Below, piece by piece: positions 28,957-38,970 of a DNA stretch of 64,000 nucleotides (the first letter of the stretch is position 1; each line of letters opens with the position of its first letter). Under the pieces are notes generated by a model, which was not told where the DNA came from, did no database searches, and worked only from the letters and a program-made list of their open reading frames with translations. Both the position numbers and the translations under genes were made by a program. Source of the DNA: Candidatus Bathyarchaeota archaeon (GTDB lineage: Archaea; Thermoproteota; Bathyarchaeia; Bathyarchaeales; Bathycorpusculaceae); the NCBI GenBank assembly GCA_963768425.1, contig CAVYHV010000006.1, forward strand, positions 128,001 to 192,000, given 5' to 3'.

Positions 28957-29564
28957 TTTTTCGCCTCCTTTGGGACTTTTCAACATATTGTTTTTCGCTT
29001 ATAAGCCTATGTAATATGCATGTATATACATCCACAATCTTAACAGCGACCTTTCTTACGTAAGAAACATGTCTTGTAAGCGATGCAATCCTCCGAGCAG
29101 GAGAAGGCTGTTTTGGTTTGGCAATCCAAAATGATCGTACTGTTCAAGTTTTACGCCGCCTCGCAAACTATAGCTCTCGATAGGGGTTGCATGCGCGAGC
29201 TCTCAGGTGCCGTTAACATGAAGGGCAAGGTGAACGCGTACCAACTTGCTTTTCCGAGGATTGCTAAATCCAACATACCTCGCATCCATTTTTGGTTTTG
29301 CTCTGAAAACCAAAAGTAGCGCTAAAAGATATAAAGCGATTTGAGAAACGTTCATAATTCTTGTGAAAAACTACACAAACGTCAGAGAATACCTGCAAAA
29401 ACATGCGCAAACGAGTCTATCTTGGAGGAACAAGTGTTTCTTACACTCCTATCTTGTGAATATTTTTTGTCTATATTTTGATTGTTGCATTATTGCTACA
29501 TATTGAAACAACGTAAAATATATACGATCAAGAACGAAGTACTTTACGGTAAGAGCTAATTTGC

Positions 29565-29690
29565 TTGGTTGAATGTCCTAAATGCCATAAAGAGGTTTCA
29601 AAGCCTCAAAAGTTGTTGCAAAACGATTATTTCGTTATCGAAGCCTACATGTGTGATAACTGTAAGGATAAATTTAAGGTAATAAAATAA
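29565..29690 (+). CDS. 41-aa Zn-ribbon microprotein (copy 1)
   Basis: MVECPKCHKEVSKPQKLLQNDYFVIEAYMCDNCKDKFKVIK. Confidence 0.75.
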   Translation: MVECPKCHKEVSKPQKLLQNDYFVIEAYMCDNCKDKFKVIK

Positions 29691-29857
29691 TTGCTATTTT
29701 AAGCCCTTTTCTACTTTTCTTTTTTGAGCGTCGTGACTCGACTGGCGATTCATGAAAATCATGCTTAAATTCATTAAGCAAACCTTTGTTGTATCATTTT
29801 GTAGCAAACAAATCTTCAAATCCAATGTCATTGTTTAAAATGCTTTGGTTGCTCTAA

Positions 29858-29977
29858 TTGGTTAATTGTCCTAAATGCGGTAAAGAAATTTCAAAACCTG
29901 ATAAAGTGCTGGTCAACCCTTTTTTTCGAATTGAAAGCTACACATGTAAAGATTGCGGAATCTGTTTTAAAAAATAG
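29858..29977 (+). CDS. 39-aa Zn-ribbon microprotein (copy 2)
   Basis: MVNCPKCGKEISKPDKVLVNPFFRIESYTCKDCGICFKK; aligns without gaps to copy 1. Confidence 0.75.
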   Translation: MVNCPKCGKEISKPDKVLVNPFFRIESYTCKDCGICFKK

Positions 29978-30147
29978 CAAATTTGAGAGCAGTTCCGAAA
30001 AATGAGTAAGTTGAGTTTTTTTGTTGAGAAAAAAGACTCTGGGTTCCTTTTTAAAACTATCTCTTTGTTTTGATAAGAGATCCGAAAAGAAAAAATCCTT
30101 GACAAATTGTTTCTAACCCATATTATAAGGGTCATCTTTAGCTCGAC

Positions 30148-30354
30148 TTATTTCACTTGGGCACGGTGAGTTATATTCCTAAAGTATAATGTTGATAGAA
30201 CATAAGCTAAAGTAATGATTATTGCTAAGAACAATGAAGCAAGCGAAATAATCGTGTTCTTATCATAAAAAAGGTAACCGACATACAAGATAATAACATC
30301 TATTACAGCAATTCCAACAAGTCTAACTAACAGCTGTAAATCCATTATTCTCAA
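30148..30354 (-). CDS. Small two-TM membrane protein
   Basis: Two hydrophobic helices; AT-rich. Confidence 0.55.
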   Translation of the reverse strand: MRIMDLQLLVRLVGIAVIDVIILYVGYLFYDKNTIISLASLFLAIIITLAYVLSTLYFRNITHRAQVK

Positions 30355-30399
30355 TCATTCTATTCTCAATAACTATTTTAATAATTTTCGAAAGTCTAC

Positions 30400-30681
30400 A
30401 GTTAGATCACGCTGGCATGTACACTCCCTCAAGATTCACATATGTTGTGTTTTGTAGCACATTGTTAAGCCCCGCACTATGGCAATACAGTGACGTACCC
30501 CACGGAAGGATTAACGGGACCTACCAACTCATCCTTATTTTTTCTCGCGTTTTATCTGTCTGTTTTCTGTTCTGTCTAAACTACCTCAAAATCCGGACCC
30601 GGACCGGGACAAAGAGCCTTTCCAGCCTATTTTCCACCCAAAACCGATGCAATAAGCCGGCATACACGGCATCGCCGGATT
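30400..30681 (-). ncRNA. Candidate structured non-coding RNA (unassigned)
   Basis: Nested stems AATCCGG/CCGGATT and CGATGC/GCATCG; second domain with CACTGT/ATAGTG; no convincing ORF. Confidence 0.35.
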
Positions 30682-30746
30682 AAAGGCTAAGAGCTAAATA
30701 CATACAAACCGTAATTTGAGAAACATTAGAGGGGGCGCGTAACGTA

Positions 30747-31952
30747 GTGAAGCCGTTTAGTTTTGTTCACGCTTCAGACTTGCATTTGGGTTACGCACAG
30801 TACGGTTTGGAAGCGAGAAGGCAAGACTTCGACAACGCGTTCAGGGAGCTGGTGGATAAAACCATCGAGTTAAACGTTGACTTCATGATCATTGCAGGTG
30901 ACCTTTTCCATCAGGCGAGACCCTCAAATGTCACGTTGGAGAATACGATTCGATGCTTCAAACGTCTCAAAGACGCTGGAATCCCAGTTTTAACAGTTGA
31001 CGGCTCCCACGATTCAGCGCCCAACACCGTAACGGGCACAATCCTCTATCCACTTGACAGCGCCGGCTTAATCCATCATCTTCCCAGACACGGCGGCGCA
31101 TGCTGGCGCAAAACAGACTGCTGCTACGTCTATGGCATCCCAAACTTCCACAACAAACATAAAACTGAAGAAGCCCTTCCAAAATTCATGGCTGAAAACC
31201 CAGTCTCGCCGGACAGCTGCCTCTGCAACATCTTCGTTTTCCACGGCGCATTAGACCTCCCAGACGTGAAGCCACCCTATATCGAAGCGGAACTTTCGCC
31301 TGACCAATTGCCCAATGACTTCAACTACTACGCCGCAGGACATGTGCATGAACAATTCCTTCAAAAGTTCAAGGGTGGGCTGCTTGCTTACAGCGGCTGC
31401 ACTGAGACAGCTGATTACAGGGAAGCCAAAAACCCCAAAGGCTTCATCTACGTTCGCGTAAACGGAAAACGCGAGGTTGACCCCCAGCCCATGGAGCTAA
31501 CGTCAAGCCGCAAGTTCATCGTTTTAGAGCAAGAGTTCAACGGTTTAGCCTCCTCGAAAATCACAGAATTAGTCGTCCAGCAGGTTAGAGAAAACGACTC
31601 GGAAGGCGCCATCATCATTCCTGTTTTGAAAGGAACGCTCCCAGTTGAGGCAAGCCGATCAGAAATTGACACAGGCAAAATCCGATGCGCAGGCGAAAAA
31701 GCCATGCTTGTCCACCCTATCGTGCTCCTTAAGGAAACCGCGATTTCAGACGAGGTGGCCCGCTCAATTTTTGAAAGCGAATTCAAAGACCTAAGAACCA
31801 AAGCTTACGATTATTTCTTGGAGATTTTCTCTCAGCGTTATAGTCGCGAAGAAGCTGAAAAAATCGCTCGGGGCGCCCTCAACCTCATCGAACCTTTGAG
31901 CCGAAAACAGGAAGACAAAGTTAAGCAGACGATTGAGGAGCTGACAAAATGA
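30747..31952 (+). CDS. mre11: DNA double-strand break repair nuclease Mre11
   Basis: DLHLG, GDLFH, GSHD, FHG, GHVH, YSG. Confidence 0.93.
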   Translation: MKPFSFVHASDLHLGYAQYGLEARRQDFDNAFRELVDKTIELNVDFMIIAGDLFHQARPSNVTLENTIRCFKRLKDAGIPVLTVDGSHDSAPNTVTGTILYPLDSAGLIHHLPRHGGACWRKTDCCYVYGIPNFHNKHKTEEALPKFMAENPVSPDSCLCNIFVFHGALDLPDVKPPYIEAELSPDQLPNDFNYYAAGHVHEQFLQKFKGGLLAYSGCTETADYREAKNPKGFIYVRVNGKREVDPQPMELTSSRKFIVLEQEFNGLASSKITELVVQQVRENDSEGAIIIPVLKGTLPVEASRSEIDTGKIRCAGEKAMLVHPIVLLKETAISDEVARSIFESEFKDLRTKAYDYFLEIFSQRYSREEAEKIARGALNLIEPLSRKQEDKVKQTIEELTK

Positions 31953-34036
31953 AGATCGAAGTTGTTCAGCTTGAAAACATCCGCAGCCACGTCAAATCCA
32001 CCGTGCCCTTCACAAGTGGCTTCAACTGCCTCGTTGGCGGTTTAGGGTGCGGAAAATCCAGCGTTCTCTACGCGGTTGACTTTGCCTTGTTCGGAGACGC
32101 ACTCGGAAGAAGCTTCGATTATCTGCTTCGGGAAGGAGCAGACTGGGGGCGCGTCACCGTTCAATTTACTCAGAACGGCAGCACCTACAAACTTATCAGG
32201 GGAATTAGGCGGAAAGGTAAAAGTATCGTCCAAAACTTTGAGGAGCTGACGCTCTTTGAGGATGACAAGCTTGTAGCCAGCATGAAAACCGACGCTATCT
32301 CCGAGCAGTTCAAAGCTATAACAGGGTTAGATAAGGAGCTTTACCGGGAGATTGTCTGGTTTAGGCAAGAGCATCTTAAAGAACTGCTTGATTCAACGCC
32401 GCGTGACAGGCAAAGACGCCTAGATGAGTTATTCGGATTATCTGACTACGAGATTGCATGGAGCAACATCGCACAGTACCAACGCGACTACGAAACTGAA
32501 CGGCGGGTTTACGAGAAAGACCCAGACGTCAACGGAATGGAAAAACTCAGCACTGAATACAACAAAATCAGCGAAGAATACACGATGCTGGAGATTGAGC
32601 TTGAAACCTCCACGCAGAAGATGGCGATTGCTAAAAAAGACCTGGATGAATCAGATTCTAAACTTAAGCGGCTGGAAGAGAAACGGCAAGCCATCGAAGA
32701 GCTAAAACAAAAAGAGGCAAGGCTTCACTCAGACGCAGTCAACACGGGAAGAGCCATGGTTTCACTAACCGAACGGATACAAGGCAAAAGAACAATTCTG
32801 GACAATCTGCGGCAACGCCAAGTTTCCATTGACACGCAAGCTAAACTGTGCCTAAGCAAGCTTGAGCAAACAGGCTCGCCGACAAACCAACCAGCGCGAT
32901 CACTCCACACTTGCATGGCGAGCTTTGATGACAAAATCACCAACCTGCGGGCTGATCAAGAAGCGACTTCAAGAGACTTGCAGACCGACAAGAGACGAGC
33001 AGTCTCATTGGCGCAGGAGAACAAATGCCCGCTATGCATCCAACCTCTCGACGGCGAATACAAAACCAACTTGTTGTCCAGAATTGAAAGAGATAACGTT
33101 GACCGCGAGAAAACCCTAGTTCAGCTAAGAATAAAAATCGATTCGTTGCAGAAAACAAAAGCTGATGCCTCAGAAGCATACACAGCCCTGCAATCTTGCG
33201 TGACAAGAGCAGAAGAGTTGAAGAACCGCCTGTGTGAAGAGGAAGCGAATCTCAAAAGCTTAGTCTGCGAGTTCGAGGAAAAGCAGGGACTTGAAGCCGA
33301 CGTTAAGATGCAGCTTGAGCATGTTCAGTTCGAAATAGGCAGGTTCGACTCATCCGAAGTAGATACAGCCCGTGCGGCGCGTGAAGCTGCTTTTAGGCAA
33401 TATTACCTGTTAGATTCAGATTTGCGTACCAAAGAAAGTCGCAAGAAGGACCTTTTCAGGCGCTTGGACGAAATCAAAGAACGAATCAACGTTGCCCAAG
33501 AAAAACTGGAGCGCATGGAGAAAACCCGAAAATCAGTCGAGATTTTAGGCGCAATCCGCGACGCGTACCGCAGCATCCAACCTAAGCTTCGCAGCGAATT
33601 CGTGAAGGTTCTGCGCAACTATATCCAGCAAGTGCTCGATAGCCTAGTCGGCACAGAAGCATCCATGCTTAACGTAATGATCGATGACACTTACACGCCC
33701 TACGTGAAAAGCGAAGCAGGAGTCGACCGTGAAGTTTCCAACCTTTCAGGCGGCGAACGCACACTTCTGGCATTCGCTTACCGATTAGGCTTAGGCCAGC
33801 TTATCATGCAGTCACGAACTGGTCATGGCTTGAGTATGCTTGTGCTTGATGAACCAACAGAAAACTTGGGTAGCGAGGACGGCAGCATTGAGCGGCTAGC
33901 CGAAGCCATAAGCAGATTCAAAGCAATTGAGCAAATCATTGCAGTCACCCACAGTGAAGCCTTCGCTGGAAAAGCTGATCACGTTATCACCGTCGAAAAA
34001 GATGCTAGCATAAGCAAAATATCAATTGACCGATAA
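31949..34036 (+). CDS. rad50: Rad50 ATPase
   Basis: ENIRSH, Walker A GGLGCGKSS, zinc hook CPLC, LSGGE, LDEPT, VTH; ATGA overlap with mre11. Confidence 0.93.
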   Translation: MKIEVVQLENIRSHVKSTVPFTSGFNCLVGGLGCGKSSVLYAVDFALFGDALGRSFDYLLREGADWGRVTVQFTQNGSTYKLIRGIRRKGKSIVQNFEELTLFEDDKLVASMKTDAISEQFKAITGLDKELYREIVWFRQEHLKELLDSTPRDRQRRLDELFGLSDYEIAWSNIAQYQRDYETERRVYEKDPDVNGMEKLSTEYNKISEEYTMLEIELETSTQKMAIAKKDLDESDSKLKRLEEKRQAIEELKQKEARLHSDAVNTGRAMVSLTERIQGKRTILDNLRQRQVSIDTQAKLCLSKLEQTGSPTNQPARSLHTCMASFDDKITNLRADQEATSRDLQTDKRRAVSLAQENKCPLCIQPLDGEYKTNLLSRIERDNVDREKTLVQLRIKIDSLQKTKADASEAYTALQSCVTRAEELKNRLCEEEANLKSLVCEFEEKQGLEADVKMQLEHVQFEIGRFDSSEVDTARAAREAAFRQYYLLDSDLRTKESRKKDLFRRLDEIKERINVAQEKLERMEKTRKSVEILGAIRDAYRSIQPKLRSEFVKVLRNYIQQVLDSLVGTEASMLNVMIDDTYTPYVKSEAGVDREVSNLSGGERTLLAFAYRLGLGQLIMQSRTGHGLSMLVLDEPTENLGSEDGSIERLAEAISRFKAIEQIIAVTHSEAFAGKADHVITVEKDASISKISIDR

Positions 34037-34292
34037 CGGATTCTCCAAAAAATGTCAATGCCCTCTTTTTCATGAAAACACTTTCAATAGTCCATCAAAA
34101 AGGCTCTTTACTGCTTTGTTCTAAAAAGAAGAACAAGAGAAAGTTTACGAAGCTTCCGACCGAGCGATCGATAGTTGCTAAAGGCTTATATCGCACTCAT
34201 TCTATATGTTGAAAACGCAGAAAAATAGTGTCTGAAGAGTTTGAAAGAATTCATCAGGCAATTTTTCGATAATGTCAGGAGTTTAGAAAAAT

Positions 34293-35069
34293 TTGAAAAC
34301 TAAAAGTCTAAAAGTTCTAGCAATGATCCTACTAACAACGACACTTCTAATCCTAGCTTCAGGCGCGAGCATCTCAACCGTAAAAGCAGCAACAACCCAG
34401 AACGTTGTTCTTTACACTACATTAGGCGCGTCATCCGTCACAGCAAACGGGACAGCCATGACGTTGGGAGGAAGTAATACTTTCACCAGCGGCAACACAG
34501 AAACGTTCGTGGTGACACCTTCATCTGGCTACAAATTCTTGTGCTGGGTCTATGCCGACGCTTCAGGTCCAGTTGCGTCAACTGCTGCCTCATTCAGCAA
34601 AGTCATTTCAGCTACCTGCTCTTTAGAAGCAGTTTGCGTTCCAACAACCAACACAACAGCAACAACCTCTGGAAGCGGAGCAGCTACACTTACCGTCTTC
34701 GCGACAAGCGGCGGACAAACAGATCCCGCTGGAGCAATCACAGGGGCATCTGTAAAAGGCACAATAGGCTCATCTACACAATTTACCGAGACACCAGGAA
34801 CCGGTTACACATTCCTGTGCTGGATAGTACAATGCGCTTCAAGTAACGAGTACACTTCAAGTACACTCAACTACGTGCCAACTTCAAGCGGAGCCGCCGT
34901 AGAAGCTATCTGGGTTCCAACCAGCAGCTCAGTCACACTGCCACCAATAACTACACCAACACCGACACCAAAAGTAGACGAGATTTCCACAGCAATGGCT
35001 GCCATCGTAGTCGCAGCATTAGCAGTAGCCGCCTTGGGAACATTCGCATACAAAAAATCACGAAAGTAA
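34293..35069 (+). CDS. Thr/Ser-rich anchored surface protein with two B-repeat-like domains
   Basis: Signal peptide; two P..GY.FLCW...EA...PT repeats; PT linker, TM, KKSRK. Confidence 0.8.
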   Translation: MKTKSLKVLAMILLTTTLLILASGASISTVKAATTQNVVLYTTLGASSVTANGTAMTLGGSNTFTSGNTETFVVTPSSGYKFLCWVYADASGPVASTAASFSKVISATCSLEAVCVPTTNTTATTSGSGAATLTVFATSGGQTDPAGAITGASVKGTIGSSTQFTETPGTGYTFLCWIVQCASSNEYTSSTLNYVPTSSGAAVEAIWVPTSSSVTLPPITTPTPTPKVDEISTAMAAIVVAALAVAALGTFAYKKSRK

Positions 35070-35241
35070 AAACCCCCACTTTCTTTTTCTATTTTTTTAA
35101 ATCATTCTTTTATGATTTCAAATTAGAAACAAAATCTACTAGCTTTACACATGCCTATTTCACCGGTTGCTGTCGTCCAAAGTCAATTAACTTCGCCTCT
35201 TAAGCCTTATATAACGCCTACGAGCACCGTTAAACAATCAG

Positions 35242-36360
35242 ATGGTTTGGCGGCGAACAAAAATGAAATTTAACGTGGGCATCGAATCAATCGAAGCAGA
35301 AGTAAAAGGCAACATTCTCGTGGTTTGCTCCAGAGAACCTTTAAGAGTACTTAGCTCCGCCGTTTTAAACGGAGGGCTCATGGAAGCAGATGCGATAATT
35401 AATGTTCAAGTCCCTGAAGGTAGCGGCGAAAACAAAAATGACGCACACTGGAACGCCGAAGAATTCTTGAAAACGCAAGTTCAAGTTCTCGGGCTTCCGG
35501 AGGGCAAAGTGGTTGGGCTAATGACTGCCGCCAAAATGAAGAATGTAGTAACAGCGACCAGAAAATACGGCAAAACAACTGTGGCTCTTTTCGTGACTGG
35601 CGGAAAAACCGTTGCTGTTACAGCCGGTGAACCGGCAGCCTCAAAAAACCCGCCGAAACCTGGAACAATAAACATTATTCTGCTGGTAGATGGAAACATG
35701 ACAGACGGCGCTATAGTTGAGGCACACAAAACCATTACAGAAGCCAAAACAGTTGCGCTAAGGGAACTAGATCTTAGAAGCCAGTTTTCAGGTGACCTTG
35801 CTACTGGAACATTAACCGACACCATTGCAGTGGCTTGCACCAAAAAAGGGGAGCCCATACGTTTTACAGGAACTTTCACTTTAATCGGAGAACTCATCGG
35901 GCAAGGCGTTAGAGAATGCGTAAAGAAGGCTATTTACTTACAAGAAGGACTTGTGCCTGGTAGGCCTTTGATGGAAAGATTGACTGAGAGAGGAATAGAA
36001 ATCGAGAAGTTGATGTCTCTTTTCACTCGAATTGTCCTCGTTGAAGACGCTAAAATTCAGCAATTCAGGAAGGAAGTGGAGCAAACTTTAGCTGATAAGA
36101 AAATCGCGGGGTTGATTTTGGCAAGCCTCAGGTTTGACGATGATTTAAGAAAAGGCTTAATCCCCGAGCAAGCTCAAAATTCCGTTGACCAAGATGTGTT
36201 TGAAGAAATTGTGTCTGCAGCAGTTAGGATTTACTTGTCGGACACTTGCATCTCAGATGTTGAATGCCTCAGGTTGATGACGAAAGAAGAGAGTTTGGGT
36301 CCTCTGACAACTTGCGTTCTAAACGCAATCATGAAAAACGTCTACTCCAAAATTGGCTAA
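35242..36360 (+). CDS. cbiZ: Adenosylcobinamide amidohydrolase CbiZ with a CobZ-like C-terminal domain
   Basis: LSSAVLNGG, GLMTAA, GTINII, TEAK, ATGTLTD. Confidence 0.88.
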   Translation: MVWRRTKMKFNVGIESIEAEVKGNILVVCSREPLRVLSSAVLNGGLMEADAIINVQVPEGSGENKNDAHWNAEEFLKTQVQVLGLPEGKVVGLMTAAKMKNVVTATRKYGKTTVALFVTGGKTVAVTAGEPAASKNPPKPGTINIILLVDGNMTDGAIVEAHKTITEAKTVALRELDLRSQFSGDLATGTLTDTIAVACTKKGEPIRFTGTFTLIGELIGQGVRECVKKAIYLQEGLVPGRPLMERLTERGIEIEKLMSLFTRIVLVEDAKIQQFRKEVEQTLADKKIAGLILASLRFDDDLRKGLIPEQAQNSVDQDVFEEIVSAAVRIYLSDTCISDVECLRLMTKEESLGPLTTCVLNAIMKNVYSKIG

Positions 36361-36479
36361 CCCAATTTACAACCGTAAAGATGTTCTTGTGACAGTGCCT
36401 CTAGTACTTGCTCGCAATTTCCCATACATCGGTCAAGTACAGTTAACTTTAATAATGCTGTAACTCGCTTTTTAGCAAG

Positions 36480-37754
36480 GTGCAAATTTACGTGGTTCAA
36501 ATAAATCCCAATGAGCTGCCCTATGACACGCTCAAACATTGGCCTCCGATGACATACAGAAACAACCAAGCACCAACCAAAGAGGCAAGCAGGGATTTTG
36601 AAAGCTTTCTTAACGGCGAAAACACCTCAAAAGGACCAAAAGAGCTGCAGCCGTGGATTCCATTCTGCGACGGAAGATGTTCCTTTTGCTATTTCCCAGT
36701 TAACTGCGAAAAACACGACATCTCCGCCTACATCGAAGCTTTGAAGACTGCGTTGCATCGCTACTCACAAACCAGATATATCCAGTCAACAGTTTTCGAT
36801 GAAATCTACGTGGGCGGCGGCAGCCCCTCTGTTCTTTCTGAAATGCAGATCGCAGATGTTATGAATTTTTGTCGAGGCAATTTCAAATTTGCCGGTGGCT
36901 GCACGACAAAGTTTACCGCGTGCACTTTCGGGTTGACAGACAAGAAAATTCGTCTCTTAGCTTCCCAAGAAATTGACCAATTAGACATCGGGGTTCAAAC
37001 CTTTGAAGACGCCTTCCGAAAAAATCTCACGCTCCGAGACGGAAGCAAAGACGCCAAGGAAAAGCTGAAGGCCGTTAAGGAAAATGGTTTGCACCTCAGC
37101 ATCGACCTACTTTATAACCTCCCTGGACAGACAATGGAGCAGTGGAGAGGGGACTTAAAACAGGCTTTGGAGCTTGAAGTTGAAAGCGTAGACTGCTACC
37201 CTCTGGATCTGTACGCGGATACACCGCTTGCCAGAAGAATCGCCCTTGGTGAGCTGCCTTCACCAGGTGACTATAAAAAAGAACTCGAGATGTACTTGGA
37301 AGCCTATGACATTTTCAAACAGAACGGATACTTCCCAACCTGCCACAACAGGTTCTCAAAACTTAAAGAAGACCGCGGGAAAGTGTCTTCAGAAGTCGTG
37401 GGAACAGGAGCAGGCTTCTTCATGGGGCACCTTGGCAACTTCCAATACTCAGACATCGACAACGTCAAAGACTACATAGCCCAAGTTAAGAAGGGATCTT
37501 TCCCATTGGCTTCTCTTGCGACCCTCTCCAAGGAAGATAAAATGCGCAAAGCAATGATGCTCATATACGTCCGCATTCGGTTGGACCGCAAAGACTTCCG
37601 AGACGAATTCGGAAAGTTTCCCGAAGAAGCATTTCCAGACGCAATAGAAAGACTCAAGCGAAAAGGCCTGATTGTGGTCACTGACGAAGAAATACGATTG
37701 TCAGAGAAGGGCGACCCGTGGCGGTTCAACATTGCTTGGGAGTTCTTCAAGTAA
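36480..37754 (+). CDS. HemN/HemW-like radical SAM protein
   Basis: IPFCDGRCSFC, YVGGGSPS, IGVQTF, IDLLYNLPGQT, HemN_C-like tail. Confidence 0.88.
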   Translation: MQIYVVQINPNELPYDTLKHWPPMTYRNNQAPTKEASRDFESFLNGENTSKGPKELQPWIPFCDGRCSFCYFPVNCEKHDISAYIEALKTALHRYSQTRYIQSTVFDEIYVGGGSPSVLSEMQIADVMNFCRGNFKFAGGCTTKFTACTFGLTDKKIRLLASQEIDQLDIGVQTFEDAFRKNLTLRDGSKDAKEKLKAVKENGLHLSIDLLYNLPGQTMEQWRGDLKQALELEVESVDCYPLDLYADTPLARRIALGELPSPGDYKKELEMYLEAYDIFKQNGYFPTCHNRFSKLKEDRGKVSSEVVGTGAGFFMGHLGNFQYSDIDNVKDYIAQVKKGSFPLASLATLSKEDKMRKAMMLIYVRIRLDRKDFRDEFGKFPEEAFPDAIERLKRKGLIVVTDEEIRLSEKGDPWRFNIAWEFFK

Positions 37755-37819
37755 AGGCTGTTTTTCATTAGTACGCTAGAAACATAGGCAATAAAACTTC
37801 GGTTGGAAAAGATAAAATT

Positions 37820-38776
37820 TTATGAGAGCTCTATGCTATCGCATTTGTATGGGACAAGCGGTTTAGGGATGTACGAGTAATAAGTGAAAAAAAGAATTGC
37901 GGCTTCCAAGTTTTCTATTTGAGGAATCTTTTCGAGTCTATTTGTAAGTGATCCCAGATCTTTGAGATCCTTTACCAATGCGGCGCCGTATATATCGAAT
38001 GCTCCTCCAATTACCAGATCAAGGCTGGAGAACAAGTGTAATTCCTTTAAGACCCCGTAAGTTGATTGCTTGGATTGATCTTTCGAGCAAGAAATAAGAA
38101 AGAATGCCGTACCCTGGTACCCTATTTTCGAACGGTCAATTAACACTGAGCATTTTTTTATTATAGCTTCCTTCCTCATTTTTTCATATCGCGATCTTAC
38201 TGTTTCATGGGAAATGCCTATCGTCTTAGCAATTCTTGCGAACGGTGTTTGTGCATTATTAAGCAGCTCTTCGATTATTTTCAAGTCAGTTTCATCTATA
38301 TTATGCTCTCTTTCAGGTTTGGTCTTTTCTTCTAAGTCCAAAGCGGAATCGTCAACATGAATGTTTATTGTGATTGCTCTTATACCTTCTATGTTTTTTA
38401 TCAAATGAGTAACATTGTCCAATTCAGGGAGATCCCTTGCGAATACATGAGCAAACAAATTGTATCGTCCTATACTTTTTGCGCACACCATAACGTTGGG
38501 AATTGCTCTAACTTTTTGGGCAATCTGATCTACCCTCGAGTTTTCTGCTGTTATTCCTATGGTCGCTTCTTGTGGGTAACCAAGAACTCCTCGCTTTAGA
38601 TCCAGGTGGGTTCCTACAATTATTTTGGTTGCCTTGAGTTTTTTTACCCTTTTAACGATTGCGCTCGGTGTTAGAGAGCACTCTTTAGCAATATCCTTCA
38701 GGTCTGTTCTTGCGTCTGCTTCTAATCGGTCTAAGATTTTAAGATCAATCTTGTCAATTTCACCATTTGAACGCAT
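37820..38776 (-). CDS. Tandem-duplicated Lrp/AsnC transcription regulator
   Basis: Two D..D.KI...L..(D/N)A....IA HTH units, each followed by a RAM domain. Confidence 0.88.
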   Translation of the reverse strand: MRSNGEIDKIDLKILDRLEADARTDLKDIAKECSLTPSAIVKRVKKLKATKIIVGTHLDLKRGVLGYPQEATIGITAENSRVDQIAQKVRAIPNVMVCAKSIGRYNLFAHVFARDLPELDNVTHLIKNIEGIRAITINIHVDDSALDLEEKTKPEREHNIDETDLKIIEELLNNAQTPFARIAKTIGISHETVRSRYEKMRKEAIIKKCSVLIDRSKIGYQGTAFFLISCSKDQSKQSTYGVLKELHLFSSLDLVIGGAFDIYGAALVKDLKDLGSLTNRLEKIPQIENLEAAILFFTYYSYIPKPLVPYKCDSIELS

Positions 38777-38970
38777 GATATTCTCGCAATTATGTGTGGC
38801 ATTATTGATAAAAAGCTACTGCCCACACGATCCTAAATGCTATATGAGTTAGCAATAGTTTCCCATATACTCAATTAAAGTTTAATAAAGCAATAAAATA
38901 ATCAATAGATTGGAAAATATTAAATATAACTTGGATACGAAGCAGATTCATAGAAAAGGAGAAAAACGAA

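Noticed and set aside
30400-30681. SRP RNA, 5S rRNA or RNase P RNA
   Set aside because: Lacks the SRP helix-8 GGAA/AGCA context, 5S conserved blocks and RNase P GAGGAAAGTCC; kept only as an unassigned candidate
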